Shown in pieces: positions 34,141-47,700 of a stretch of DNA of 51,238 nucleotides. Position 1 is the first letter of the stretch; each line of letters opens with the position of its first letter. This DNA comes from Guillardia theta CCMP2712 (Eukaryota > Protista > Cryptophyta), in the NCBI RefSeq assembly GCF_000315625.1, contig NW_005434563.1, positions 48,085-99,322 on the forward strand, read 5' to 3'. Made by a program: the position numbers and the translations under genes. The notes beneath the pieces were generated by a model. The model did not search any database. It was not told the origin of the DNA and worked only from the letters and a program-made list of their open reading frames with translations.

Positions 34141-34814
34141 TTCACTCTTTTCTCCTCGTTGCGCTTCACTCGCACACCATTTTTCCCTTCCCCATTCTCC
34201 CTGGCCGACGCTTGTCGAGCTCATTGACTGGCATAATTCCATCTGCCATACAAAGTTGCGTCGCATGTTACTACTAAGAAGTGACCATTTTTTTTAAAAC
34301 TTCCTCACGACCCCACCCCAAATGGCCCACCCCACCTGGCCGCCCACCCCACCCTAGGCTGCCAGCGTACTTGGCGTCCCAAAGTTCCGCCGGGCTCCCT
34401 GAACGCGCAGATGAGGGGCCCTGGGTTATTTACCTTGAGGAGATAAGGGCTCACTCATCCACCAGAGTACCCCCTTGCGAGTCACTTCCGAATCCCAACT
34501 TCCTACCCACCCACACCCTACCCCCTACCCCCTACAGTAGGGCTCTTGGACCCTGACCCCGGCGGTCAACAAGGTTTCACGGTACCCCTACCCGGTAGTT
34601 TCTCTCTTTGAAGCATGACGCCTTCCCTTGACAGCAAGTAAACTTCCGCAGCAATCAGCCAGACCTGGTAGTACCCGGTTGTCTCCTCTCCAAAGTACCC
34701 GTACCACTAAGTGATAAAATAACTATTTTATGACCGTTATTTGGCAGTTTTCTTAATTAGCTTCACCATTTTATTAATCAGTAGTGAGCTGAAAGACTTT
34801 CACTCTCAACCGCC

Positions 34815-37506
<2,692 letters not shown>

Positions 37507-37759
37507 CGGGTGTAGGTTACTGCTGGAATTTAATTAAAAGAAGAAAACGAAGAAAGGGAAGGTGGCAAAACGTCAGGGAGGGAGAGAGGAGGAGGAGGGG
37601 ACGAGGGAGGAGGAGGGGAGGAGGGAAGTAGGGGGGGTGTCAGGAGGAGCACAAACACAGCAAAAGATACGAGTTTAAGTGCGTCTTGCCTCTTTGAAGT
37701 TGGGAGGGGGGCTCCTCCTCCAGTCGCAGTGCGGAGATCTGCCCAGCGGGTGCCTCTCG

Positions 37760-38770
37760 TCAACTCCCCTCTTGCTCTATAGCAGAGGGCTCGTCGCAGA
37801 TCTCTACCCATATGCTGCTGAACAGATTGTCTTCGCTGTGTTCCGTCCCCTCAGCCTCCTTCTCCTCCCCCGCCGGCTCCGCCGTGAAATCCGCCCGTGC
37901 TGACAGCCCCACCCCCCTCACTATCTCACTCCCATGCTCCACCTTCATCATCTTCAGCGGGGGCTCCGCGCGCTCGAGAGCTTCCCCCAGCTGCTCCTGA
38001 GAAGAGGTGGACAGCGAGCTTGGAGAGAGCCGATCCCTCTTCTGCGCGTCGCTCTTCTTGCTGCAGCTGTGGACCAGCGTCTCCCACTGGTCATGGAACG
38101 TCTTGCTGACCGTCATAAACTTGTCAAGCGCGCACTGCCCAGCGAAGGGGATGGAGCTCGACTTGATCGCCTGCCAGCTTGCCTCCAGCTGGGCAGCGTC
38201 GTCCGGGTCGTCCGGGTTCCTCCACCTCCTCTCGGCGAAGTAGTGCCGAACCTCTGCCATCGTCCAAGTCAGCCAGAAGGACCGAGCGAGGGACAGAGGG
38301 AGAGAGGAGGGAGGGACGGAGGGACGGAGGGAGGGCAAAGCATTGTTCACAGACCGTTGGTTTTTGCTGGCGCTGCTGGCTCTTGATCATCCTTGGGGTA
38401 AGTGATGATGTTTGACCTCCTATCCCTCACCTTCTTGAAGTTGTTCCTCTCCAAGACCTTGTTGAGCTCTACCTCCGTCAGCCCCAGCCTCCCGATGAAG
38501 GGGTCGTCGTTCCTCACGGCCGACGGGCAGCACTGCTGCAGCGCTGCAAAGATGCTCAACTTCCCTGTACGAGCAATGAAGTGATGCCGGGTATGCTCAT
38601 AGCTCACTTCCTTGCCGTGAGGGACGGTGACCTGAGACTGCTTCAGCACCTCACATACTCTGTCTCATCATGCTACCGCTTCAGCAAACTTGAGCGCAAG
38701 CCTCTTGTTCTCTTCTGAGCCAGCTGGTCGCACCATCGTCTCTTTGTCATCTTTCTTTGACGTCCAACAT
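37760..38770 (-). CDS. Hypothetical spliced protein of unknown family
   Basis: MLDVKKDDKETMVRPAGSEENKRLALKFAEA|...LSIFAALQQCCP...LTEVELNKVLERNNFKKVRDRR...|EVRHYFAERRWRNPDDPDDAAQLEASWQ... with GT-AG junctions and coding-like GC3 bias. Confidence 0.65.
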
Positions 38771-39639
38771 CTCTCCCGAGCTTCTGAGATCAAACTATCA
38801 GTTGAGTTCTCAGCAACCTCGTCACTGGAAGTAGTGTGCTGGTTAGATGTAAGTGAGATATGATGTCAACAGCGCTTGCTTTGTTTTTGTTGGTTTGTAG
38901 TATGTTCGAAGATGTTTACAGGTTGTGTTTCATGATTCCGATCTCGTCCCTGTGTACCTATTTCACAGCTCAAAGCTATCGTTGTTTGTTCTGATGATCT
39001 CATTGCAACATGTATACCTATTCATGGCTTCCATTCTTCATCTCCCCGACCCCGCCACCTTAGTCAACATTACACCTCAAATTCCGCTGCTGCAACTTCA
39101 TCTTTGATCGCTGCCGTTGAAGGCCGCAGCTATGGCTCCACTACTTTATATCACGAGCATCTTCCTCCTCTGCTGTTGTTGTAACTCATCACTCCAACTA
39201 CTCGCATGCTCTTCCTCCTCTTCCTCCTCTTCCTCCTCTTCCTCCTCTTCCTCTATCCGACGGCATGTCCCGCTGAGTCAAGTTCAAGGTTGACTCTATC
39301 TACCCACCCCCGCTACCAAAAAATCACCCTACCCTTTTGATCTTTTAACACTTTCATGTGTGGCCGATAATTTTTTGCTCAACTTAATACGGTACTAGAT
39401 TCTGTTGTATAACTTATTTAAACTTCGAAATCACTCGTTTTCCCATAGTTGATCGCTAAATTCCGTACCATGACCCCTCCTGAGTAGAACTTGGGCCCCC
39501 GACTTGAAGTGCAGCCTACCGGTGGGACCAGGCTACTGGGCAACTTTACTGACCTCGAGTACCAGGCAGCCTGAGCCTTGGAGAAGAGAGATTTCTCGAG
39601 TCAGGTGTTAACCTGAAACGCGTAGGGTCCGACGGTCCG

Positions 39640-40700
39640 TCAACCATCCGCCGGATGAATCAGTAGTGGCTGCTCATTGGCTGAGTCAGTTCTCACGGAA
39701 CATTTGGGACCCCTCGGGGGGGTCCGTTCGAAAATTTCCGTGAGGGGGTAGTCAGGGCTTGATACGGTTCCGACGCCCAAAAAAAAGCCTACGGTCGCCG
39801 ATACCGTACCCGGTCGTCTACTGAGGGGGGCCCGGGCCCGGCCCGTGTACGGTTTCAACACTGGCACAGGCTCAGTGCAGTGCCGCCCGGCGCCGCCGGG
39901 CGGGGGGCCAGGGGCCCGCCGGGGGACTGAGGGGGGGGGGCACTGGCCGCTGCGGCCACGACGGCACGGTGACTCTGGCTTGCCCGACCCTGAGTAGTGA
40001 CAGTGACTCGGACCGTACTCAGTGACTACCGTACGGTATCATAGTATCATGATCGGCCCAGTGACCCACGGTGTCGGATCGGACGGGGGCCCCCGGCGGC
40101 CGGGGCCGCCCGGCCCGGACCCGGGGCGGGGCTGCGGTACGGTCACTCAGCGGTCCGGGCCGGCCCGGGGGGGGGCCCGGGGCTCCGGCGACTCAGACTC
40201 CGACGGGGCATCGGCCCGTGCCCTGAGTCACTGACCGTACTCCGTACTACCGCCGATGATGGTCGGCGGCGTGCCAGTCAGATAGTCCGATCTGTGACAC
40301 GGTCTGGAAGGCCCGCAGTCACCGTGACATCCTAGCATCTTGTTGCCGAAACTTGCCAGCCTGGGCTACTAGGCTAAGGTCGATGTCACGTGATATCTGC
40401 ACAAGTCACAGGCTAACAAACTTGTGCTCGTGGGCTGGCCGCAGCGGCTCACTGAGTCACAGTTTCGGTCGGATTGCCGCAGTGCGCCGCGCCGCGCAGC
40501 AGCCGGCGCGGCGGCGCCCCCGGGCCGCGTGTTCTCAGTACTGATCTTTAACTTAACTTTGAGTAAAGTGAAAGTATGGCCCGAGGCTGGCACCACTGGG
40601 CCCGCCGGGTACTGCGGTACGGTACCGGCGGGGGGCACTGAGCCCGCCCAGGCACTAGGCTCCGCCCGGGGTCGGATTGCAGTTATGCAGTTGCGCGGCT
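39640..40700. repeat. GC-rich, short-palindrome-rich intergenic island
   Basis: GGGCCCGGGCCC (39828-39839), TACCGTACGGTA (40027-40038), several TGAGTCA/GACTCAG and CCCGGG words. No credible ORF. Confidence 0.65.
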
Positions 40701-40714
40701 GTAGTCCCGCAGAG

Positions 40715-43700
40715 ATGAGCGGACCGTCCACGACTACGCGAAGCTGGAGGAGCCTCAGAGGACGAAGCCAAGGGTGAGACAACTTCGGCTGGCAACTAAA
40801 GGAAGCGAACGAGTCGCCGTCAGCCTGACCCTCCTGCATGATGGCAGTGGCTGAGACGAGCCTACTCCAAGTTGCTCTAGCCCGCAGCGTACATGAGTTC
40901 TAGTCCGAGGCTCCTTCCCTGTGCTGCTAGTTTGTCTGTATCTTGTTAATCCGCCGGGCATGCCCAAGTCATCTGTGAAGAGGAGCAATCATGTGTGGCC
41001 GAACAGCTCCTTCTCCGAGGACAGGTTGCCTTCACTCCAGCTCCTTGGGCAGCTCTGACCTGCCTTTCTCGCAGCTCTGACTCTCTCCCCAGCGTCAGTG
41101 AGAAGTGGAAGAGTCCAGCTCGGAGCTCGGACTCGCCCTGGAAGCATCGCAAGTCCAGCATGCAGCACAGCAACATCCTGCCGCCACTGACGGTAGTTGA
41201 CGACGAAGAGATAGTAGCGATGTTGATGGCAACAAGCAGGACGGAGGCTTCTTTGCAGTCTTCAACAAATCACCTCCGTTGCAGCATGGAGTCCAGCGCA
41301 AGTAGAGCAAACAAGAGCAGGGGAGGGCAGGGGGTCTGAGACGTGCCCTAGGTCAGCATTCAACTTCAACTCGCTCGCTATCGAGCTGGAGTCGGAGTAC
41401 CACGAGCTTGACCTGAGAGACACCGGGGAGCATTCCACGTGGAATATAGTTTCCCGAGCTATCAAGTGTTTGGGTAGCTCCTCTAGTGTGCGAATATCCC
41501 ACATGACATGCCTTGCCTGCCTCAAGATTTCCTTCATAGGATCGCCGAAAAGCCCGGCCCGCTTCAGAACATTCTTGTAATCATCCACAAGCACGTGAAG
41601 GAGGCTATCTTTGCTCCTGTTCGTACACACGTGACGTCGCGTATTGGAGTGTTTGATGCTCCTGCCAGGGCTCGGACGACAGCGAACAGACCGAGGCGAC
41701 GACGATCACTTACCTCGAGCTCTGTAACAAGCTGAGGGTGCGATGATTTTGTCATCAGTGTTGTTGGAAGGATGAAGTCCTTTGTAGGCAGACAACCAGG
41801 ACTTGTTCGAAGAGAGGAGCTCGCTCACAAAGAAGCTCTCGCACTTCAGCCTGTCCTCGGTCCACAAGCAGAACCCAAAGGCGGCGCCCGCCATCTCGCT
41901 CTCAATGTCGAAACTCGATGTCGAGGACGTTTCTCAAGGATCAGGGTCGCACCCGCAAAGGTCTGCTCGGCCGGGGCGGGAGGGACTAGACTGACGACGG
42001 ACTTTCAGGCTGACGATGGTTGAGGGGAGGACAGGGAGCTCTGAAGGAGGCGCTTCGTCCTCCCTTGACAACCAGTTTGTGCTGGAAAACCTGGTCAAGG
42101 AGAAGGAGAAGCTGGAGGCAGAGCTGCAGGTCCCAGCTGGCTGTCCACCTCCTCCATGGCTCACGCGTGCTCTGGTGCAGGCCAGACAGTTGCAGATGCA
42201 CACGTTGGAGTACGAGCTTGAAGCTCATTGCCAGAAGTACGATCAGCTCATGAAAGAGTCCACGGAGCTGTCAGTGCTGAGCTTGTGCTGAGCTTGTTCG
42301 TCACTCTCATGACAGGAAAGGAGCCTTCTTGCGCCTGAAAGACGAACATCTCAACCTGCAAGATGAGTCGAAGCAGCTGGAGAACGAGAAAGAAAGATTG
42401 TTCGACTCCATTCAAACCATGGTGAAGTCTCCCGAGCTGACCTTGCGGGCTGACCGGTGTCAAGGTTCCCAAAGCCGACCTGCAAAAGATGAAGGAGGTC
42501 AGCTGCTGCTGGGTGCAGCATCACATTCGGTGACAGTTTCCTGCAGGACTACGAGATGGAGCTGGACAAGATAAGAGCATCTCAGGGCTCCTCGGCCCCC
42601 CAGGAGATTCCCCACCACCTCACTCCTCGTCCCGAGTGGAAGCGAGCAGGCGAGGGCCCGTGTTGGAGGAGAGGTCAGCTGACGGCGCGTGCAGGGATGG
42701 CGAAGCAAGTGCTCCTGGACTGTGGGGTGCAGCCTCAGTCCGACTCTTCATCAGCTGTGGGACAGACGAGCATGTCAGGTTTGACTCTGAAGTTCTGGCA
42801 GGCGGTGGACAAGGTGATCAAGGGATACCTCAAGATCCTCGAGAAGAAGTTCGCGAGGGACCCGTCGCTCGAGCTCATCCGACAGGACTCTGCCAAGCTG
42901 ACGCATGGCTTCAAGGAAGAGCGGCGATGTCGAATGTGACTGTCTTGACTCTGGTGTCCAGTTGGAGATAAACGACAAGTTCATTGAGTGCTTGGGGGAC
43001 AGCCCGGAAGTCCCGATCTTCCTCAGGTGCGAGCTTGTTCTGCCCTGCTCGTCTCAGTGCGCGCAGGTACAACGGACAAGTGAGAAACATGCGGATGAGA
43101 AAACGAGATGCTGAGAAGGCGATCAGGCAGGGGATGGCTTGAGCGTTGAGGGAGCTGACGTGCTTTCAGGGACATATGGCAGTCGAAGATCAAGTCCGAG
43201 GAGCGCAAGCAGGCTAAGGACAGAGCGTCTCTGGAGAACTACCTCCACAACTACTCCATGTGAGGGCCTTGTGCTGTTCTGACGTGCCCGACAAGTTTGA
43301 CTCACGGGATTGACGCAGGGAGAAATTTCTTGGCAAGTCGCAGAAAGCAGCAGAGTAATTAGTTGAGGAGTTTCTTGCCAAAATCTCACCTGCTGTCAAG
43401 GTGGTGCTACAACCTCATAGTATGTCTACAGTTCAACTCGCATGACACGGGTGATGCCAGTGTTGTTGTGCGCTTTCTCACTTAAACTTCTCAGATTGTG
43501 CGCTCTTCCTCAAGATCCTTCTGGGAGATCTTGCAGAGGATGTTTACTTGGACGAGGTGTGTCTGTTGTCTGTGATGTAGGTTCTGGTGACAACCCTGCA
43601 GCGTAAGCAGATTGACTCTTGCATTCACCTTGCACACGTTGTTGATCATGACGATCATGATGGTACGAAGAGACTTCAAGTCGTCTCATGACCCGCCTGC

Positions 43701-44683
43701 AGGCGTGAAGACGGGGATGGCGAGCAAGGAAAAGTTCCTCATTGCCATTCAGAACTTCTTCCACAAGTCATACGATCAGATGCTCCAGCTCAAAAGGTCT
43801 TCCGCTCCTCCTCTCTGTCGAGTCTGACGCGCCTCCAGGGCCCTCGATCTGGCGTATGGGGAGGAGAAGACGTTTGCCTATGGCAACCTGTTCCAGGACG
43901 ACTCCAACTTCTCGCAGAACGAGTTTGCGGAGGAGTTTCGATCTCAGGTGCGGGGTAGAGCCCCTCGACTCGTAGGGGCTGAGTTGCTTTCCTTCAGACC
44001 ATTCAGGAGCGCGAGCAGCACATGGAAGAGCTGAGAGGCATGGTAGAGTCCATCTCTGACGCCAGCAGCCGTCGAATGTCGATCGAAGAGTTCAGGTACC
44101 CGCCCCCTGCTGCTGGTGCTGGTGCTGGTGCTGGTGCTGGTGCTGGTGCTGGTGCTGGTGCTGGTGCTGGTGCTGGTGCTGGTGCTGGTGCTGGTGCTGG
44201 TGCTGGTGCTGGTGCTGGTGCTGGTGCTGGTGCTGGTGCTGGTGCTGGTGCTGGTGCTGGTGCTGGTGCTCCTTACCCCATTGCTGCTGCAACTCCTTAC
44301 CCCATTGCTGGTGCTGGTGCTGGTGCTGCTCCTCCTCCTCCCTCTCCCTCTCCAACGCCTCTCTTACTGCTCGTCCTGCAGTAGCAGGATGCGTCTTCTT
44401 GACCCGGTCAAGTCGGAGGAGGACGTGGAGATCTACGTGTAAGGAGGAGGAGCCGTCAGTGGCGACTTGACTTGGGAGCAGGCGGCGAGGATGCAACTGC
44501 CCGTTCCCCAAGAGCCTTCCTGAGGAGGAGGACGCAGACTTTTTCCTACGCAACCTCCTGCACGGGGTCTGCAAGCCAGGGAAGCTGAAACAAGTTTCTG
44601 TACAGGACATGACGGAGGAGCTGCGAAGTTCGGGAACTTTATTCGCAGAAAACAATCAACACAAGCAAGCAGGGGAGCACTAA
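40715..44683 (+). CDS. TSNAXIP1: Translin-associated factor X-interacting protein 1-like (TSNAXIP1 family); start and last exon uncertain
   Basis: Coiled-coil exons followed by family-like motifs HLTPRPEW, FIECLGDSPEVPIFLR|YNGQVRNMRMRKRDAEKAIR|DIWQSK, WCYNL, DCALFLKILLG|..EDVYLDE, NLFQDDSNFSQNEFAEE, LLDPVKSEEDV. The assignment rests on recalled family motifs. Confidence 0.75.
44110..44270. repeat. Intronic (GGTGCT)n microsatellite
   Basis: Directly visible, between the GT donor near 44096 and the acceptor near 44381. Confidence 0.95.
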
Positions 44684-44723
44684 CGCACGAGGAGAAGGGA
44701 GCATGGAAGCGAGTCAGCCGCGT

Positions 44724-47700
44724 CTACCAGTAGTCGACGGGCTTGGCGGAGGCTCCATGCCGAGACATGTCGCTGGAAGTGATTTGAACGTCGAGGAGAG
44801 AGGCAGACTTGTCGGTCGCCCACTCGCGTTCGACCTCAGCCGCACTGATGGGAGCAGCGGTCGTCGCGATCCTCAGCTGGCTCTGAGACCTTGAGATGTC
44901 GAAGGGCAGAAGGGGGAAGGAGGCGACGCGCTTGGCCATGGCATGGAAGAAGACGAGGAAAGCGACGTACCTCTCGAGCGACGCGAACCTGTTCTCGTAC
45001 ATGATCTCTACAAGGTTCGTCTTGCCCAGCAAATCTAGCAGCTGCCCGCTCGCCTTGTCAAGCGCTCGGTCGAAGACCGTCGGCCCTGCAGCCTCGGCGA
45101 GGTTGTGTGAGGACTCGTCTCCTCCCTGTCCGCGCTTGAAGATCCGCCCAATGGTCTTGTCCAGCACGCCCCCATGGTGCTGGTCCGAATGAACCAGGTT
45201 GGCGCCAACGTGCGCCACTCGGCCATGGGAGGAGAGCGACTCGGCGTCGTTCCTCCTCGAGCTCAGGTCACTGTGCCTGCTCTTGTCGTGCCTGCTTCTG
45301 TCGTGCTTGCTGTTGTCATTGCTATAGAAGACTGGGGCGCTTGCGTCAGACGTCTTGTGAACTCCGATGTCGGCCTCTGCCGCCGCCCACTCGGTGAGGG
45401 ACTGGAACTTGCTCCTGAGCCTGTTGATGTCATTGGGAGCCATCTCCTGCAAGGGGGTCAGGAAGGAGGAGGAGGAGAGTCGACAGCAATCACCTGGAGG
45501 TAGGAGGAGCCGATGGGCTCAAGATTCTCTCCCTGGGCGAAGCTCTTGTTGTCGAAGTGATCGGCGTAGCTCGTCTGAGCTGACAGCATGTTCTTGTTGA
45601 GCTCCTTGATCGTTGCCATCCTCGACATGGGCTCGTTCTCGTCCACCCCTGCCAGCGACTCGCAGAGGAAGTGGGGCCGGAGAGTCTCGAGGGTAATGTT
45701 GCCGTCTCCGAGCATGGTGTTGCGGAACGGGTTGTGCCCGACGGTGATGATCTCGGGAGGTGAGAGGAGGTGAACAATCGCCTTCGCCTGCTGCATCGCC
45801 ATCATCACCCAGCTCTCTGCCTTGGTCTGCGAGAACAGCCTTCCGTCTGGACGCCCCACTGCCAGCAGGACCCCACGAGCCACCCGGTGCGTGAAGCGAT
45901 GGACAAGGTGATCGACGGCGTTGGCTCCATGGACGTCGATGGAGGCGATTGAGTAGCTGAGGGAGAAGAGCTTGGAGACGTAGCTTTCCAGCAGCTGATG
46001 CACGTAGGGGACGTCCCCGATGACCAGAGTCCTCTTGCCCAGCCTCGCAAACTGCTCCCTCCCCTGGAGAAGGCGGAGGATCATCGAGAAGAAGAGAGGA
46101 AGGAAGCTGTAGAGGAGCGAGTCGAAGGCGAGGAGGAGGTACTTGAGCCACTCAGGCCCCGTGTCATGGGTCACCCCTCGCATGATGCCGGTGAAGATAG
46201 GGTAGCCCGAGACCACCGTCCCGAAGATGTACATGGCGCTAAGACACCAGGAGTACGGCCCCTCCAGCACGTGCAAGGCCCAGAAGCGTCCCTGGAGCAG
46301 GACGTGAGGAGAGTGAGGAGAGAGTTGAGGAGAGAGATGGAGAAGGCGAACACTGGAAGAAAGAACGAGAGCAAGGAATGCAGGTAGAGGGAGCAAAAAA
46401 GGAGGACAAGGAGGGGAGAACAGGAAGAAGAGAGGATTAAATGAATTTACCTTGCGAACGAGTTTCTCGTGGGTAGCAGAAGGCATCTTGCCGCCATTGA
46501 GGTCGCAGCCAAGGATGTTTGGTATCGCCTTCACGCAGCAATCTCTGTTCAGCCGGTAGAGGTCCTTCACGTCCTCCTTTCTGAATCGATTCCCCGCCGC
46601 TTTGATGAACTGGACGTCCTCGTCGCAAACCACATGCTCTGCCAGGTACAGCAGCAGCTCGGTTAGCACGTGATGCGCTGCTACAGTAGACACTGTCAGC
46701 GCTTCCGAAGGCCTCCATCCCGCGTACGTCGTCCACACCCTCCCTGTCCATGGAGCGCCGATGTAGGCGTGCTGTCCTACAGCCGCCGACATCTTGGAGT
46801 CCACGGAGCCCGTGAGCACGAAGACTCGGTCGCCGCAGACTTTGCGAAGAGCATGGGTGGCGTGTAGGGTAGGGAAAGTCTGACCAGAGTGCGAGATAGA
46901 CACGACGATAGTCTCCTTGAGCGACATGGTGGTAGAGCAGAAGGCAAAACCTGACATGGGAGCCTCCCCGCGGGTGTTGGAGAGTACTCCGATGATCTTG
47001 TTGGAGGACATGGGGATGACGCGGAGGGTCGGGAAGAGCGACTGGAGGTCGGAGGCGAACTGCTCACCGAGCCACAGGGAGGCCTCTGCTCCTGTGACGA
47101 GCACATCGATCATCAGCCTCTTGGCATCGTCGCCTTTGCACTGCTCCTTGTCGAGGACCTTCTGGCGGATCATCTTGAAGAAGTGGCGGGACGTAGTGCG
47201 GTTCTTGCCATTCTGCTCGCTAAACTCCTTCCTCAGGAAGCTGAGGATGGGTGGGATGTCGGCAAGGTCCGCAGCTACCTTGTCCTTGGCCTGACTTGCG
47301 TCCCTGCTCAGCGACGGGCCATCTCCTCCGACTCCGACCAGGGAGAGGAGGGTCTCAGGCGCGATGAACTTCTCCTTGGGCATGAATCCTTGCTCCTTCT
47401 GCCGATGCACACGAAGGAAGAGGTTATTCTGCATGGAGAAAGGGGAGAACCGCCCAAAGTTGGGAGACGACTCTCCAAACTGCACCTGCATCCTTCCTGA
47501 GGCACACCAGGCTGCCTCCTGCGCCATCCTGTCCTGAGTGTTGGTGCAGATAGCGATCTCGATCACTTCCCCTCCATCTTCGTCCAAGTCGTGGCGATGC
47601 GTACACTTGGGGACCATGTTTGACTGGCCGCCCTGACTTTCTATGTCTCTCCCTCCTCCTCCTCTTCCTCCTCCCGACACGAGGCCGATCGGGACCATCT

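Noticed and set aside
39640-40839. ORFs or rRNA/tRNA within the GC-rich island
   Set aside because: The peptides are G/P/R/A-rich low-information reads, and no rRNA conserved motifs or tRNA cloverleaf/TTC loop pattern were seen.
41262-41630. 122-aa minus-strand ORF
   Set aside because: It is an antisense shadow of TSNAXIP1-like exons, whose splice signals are on the plus strand.
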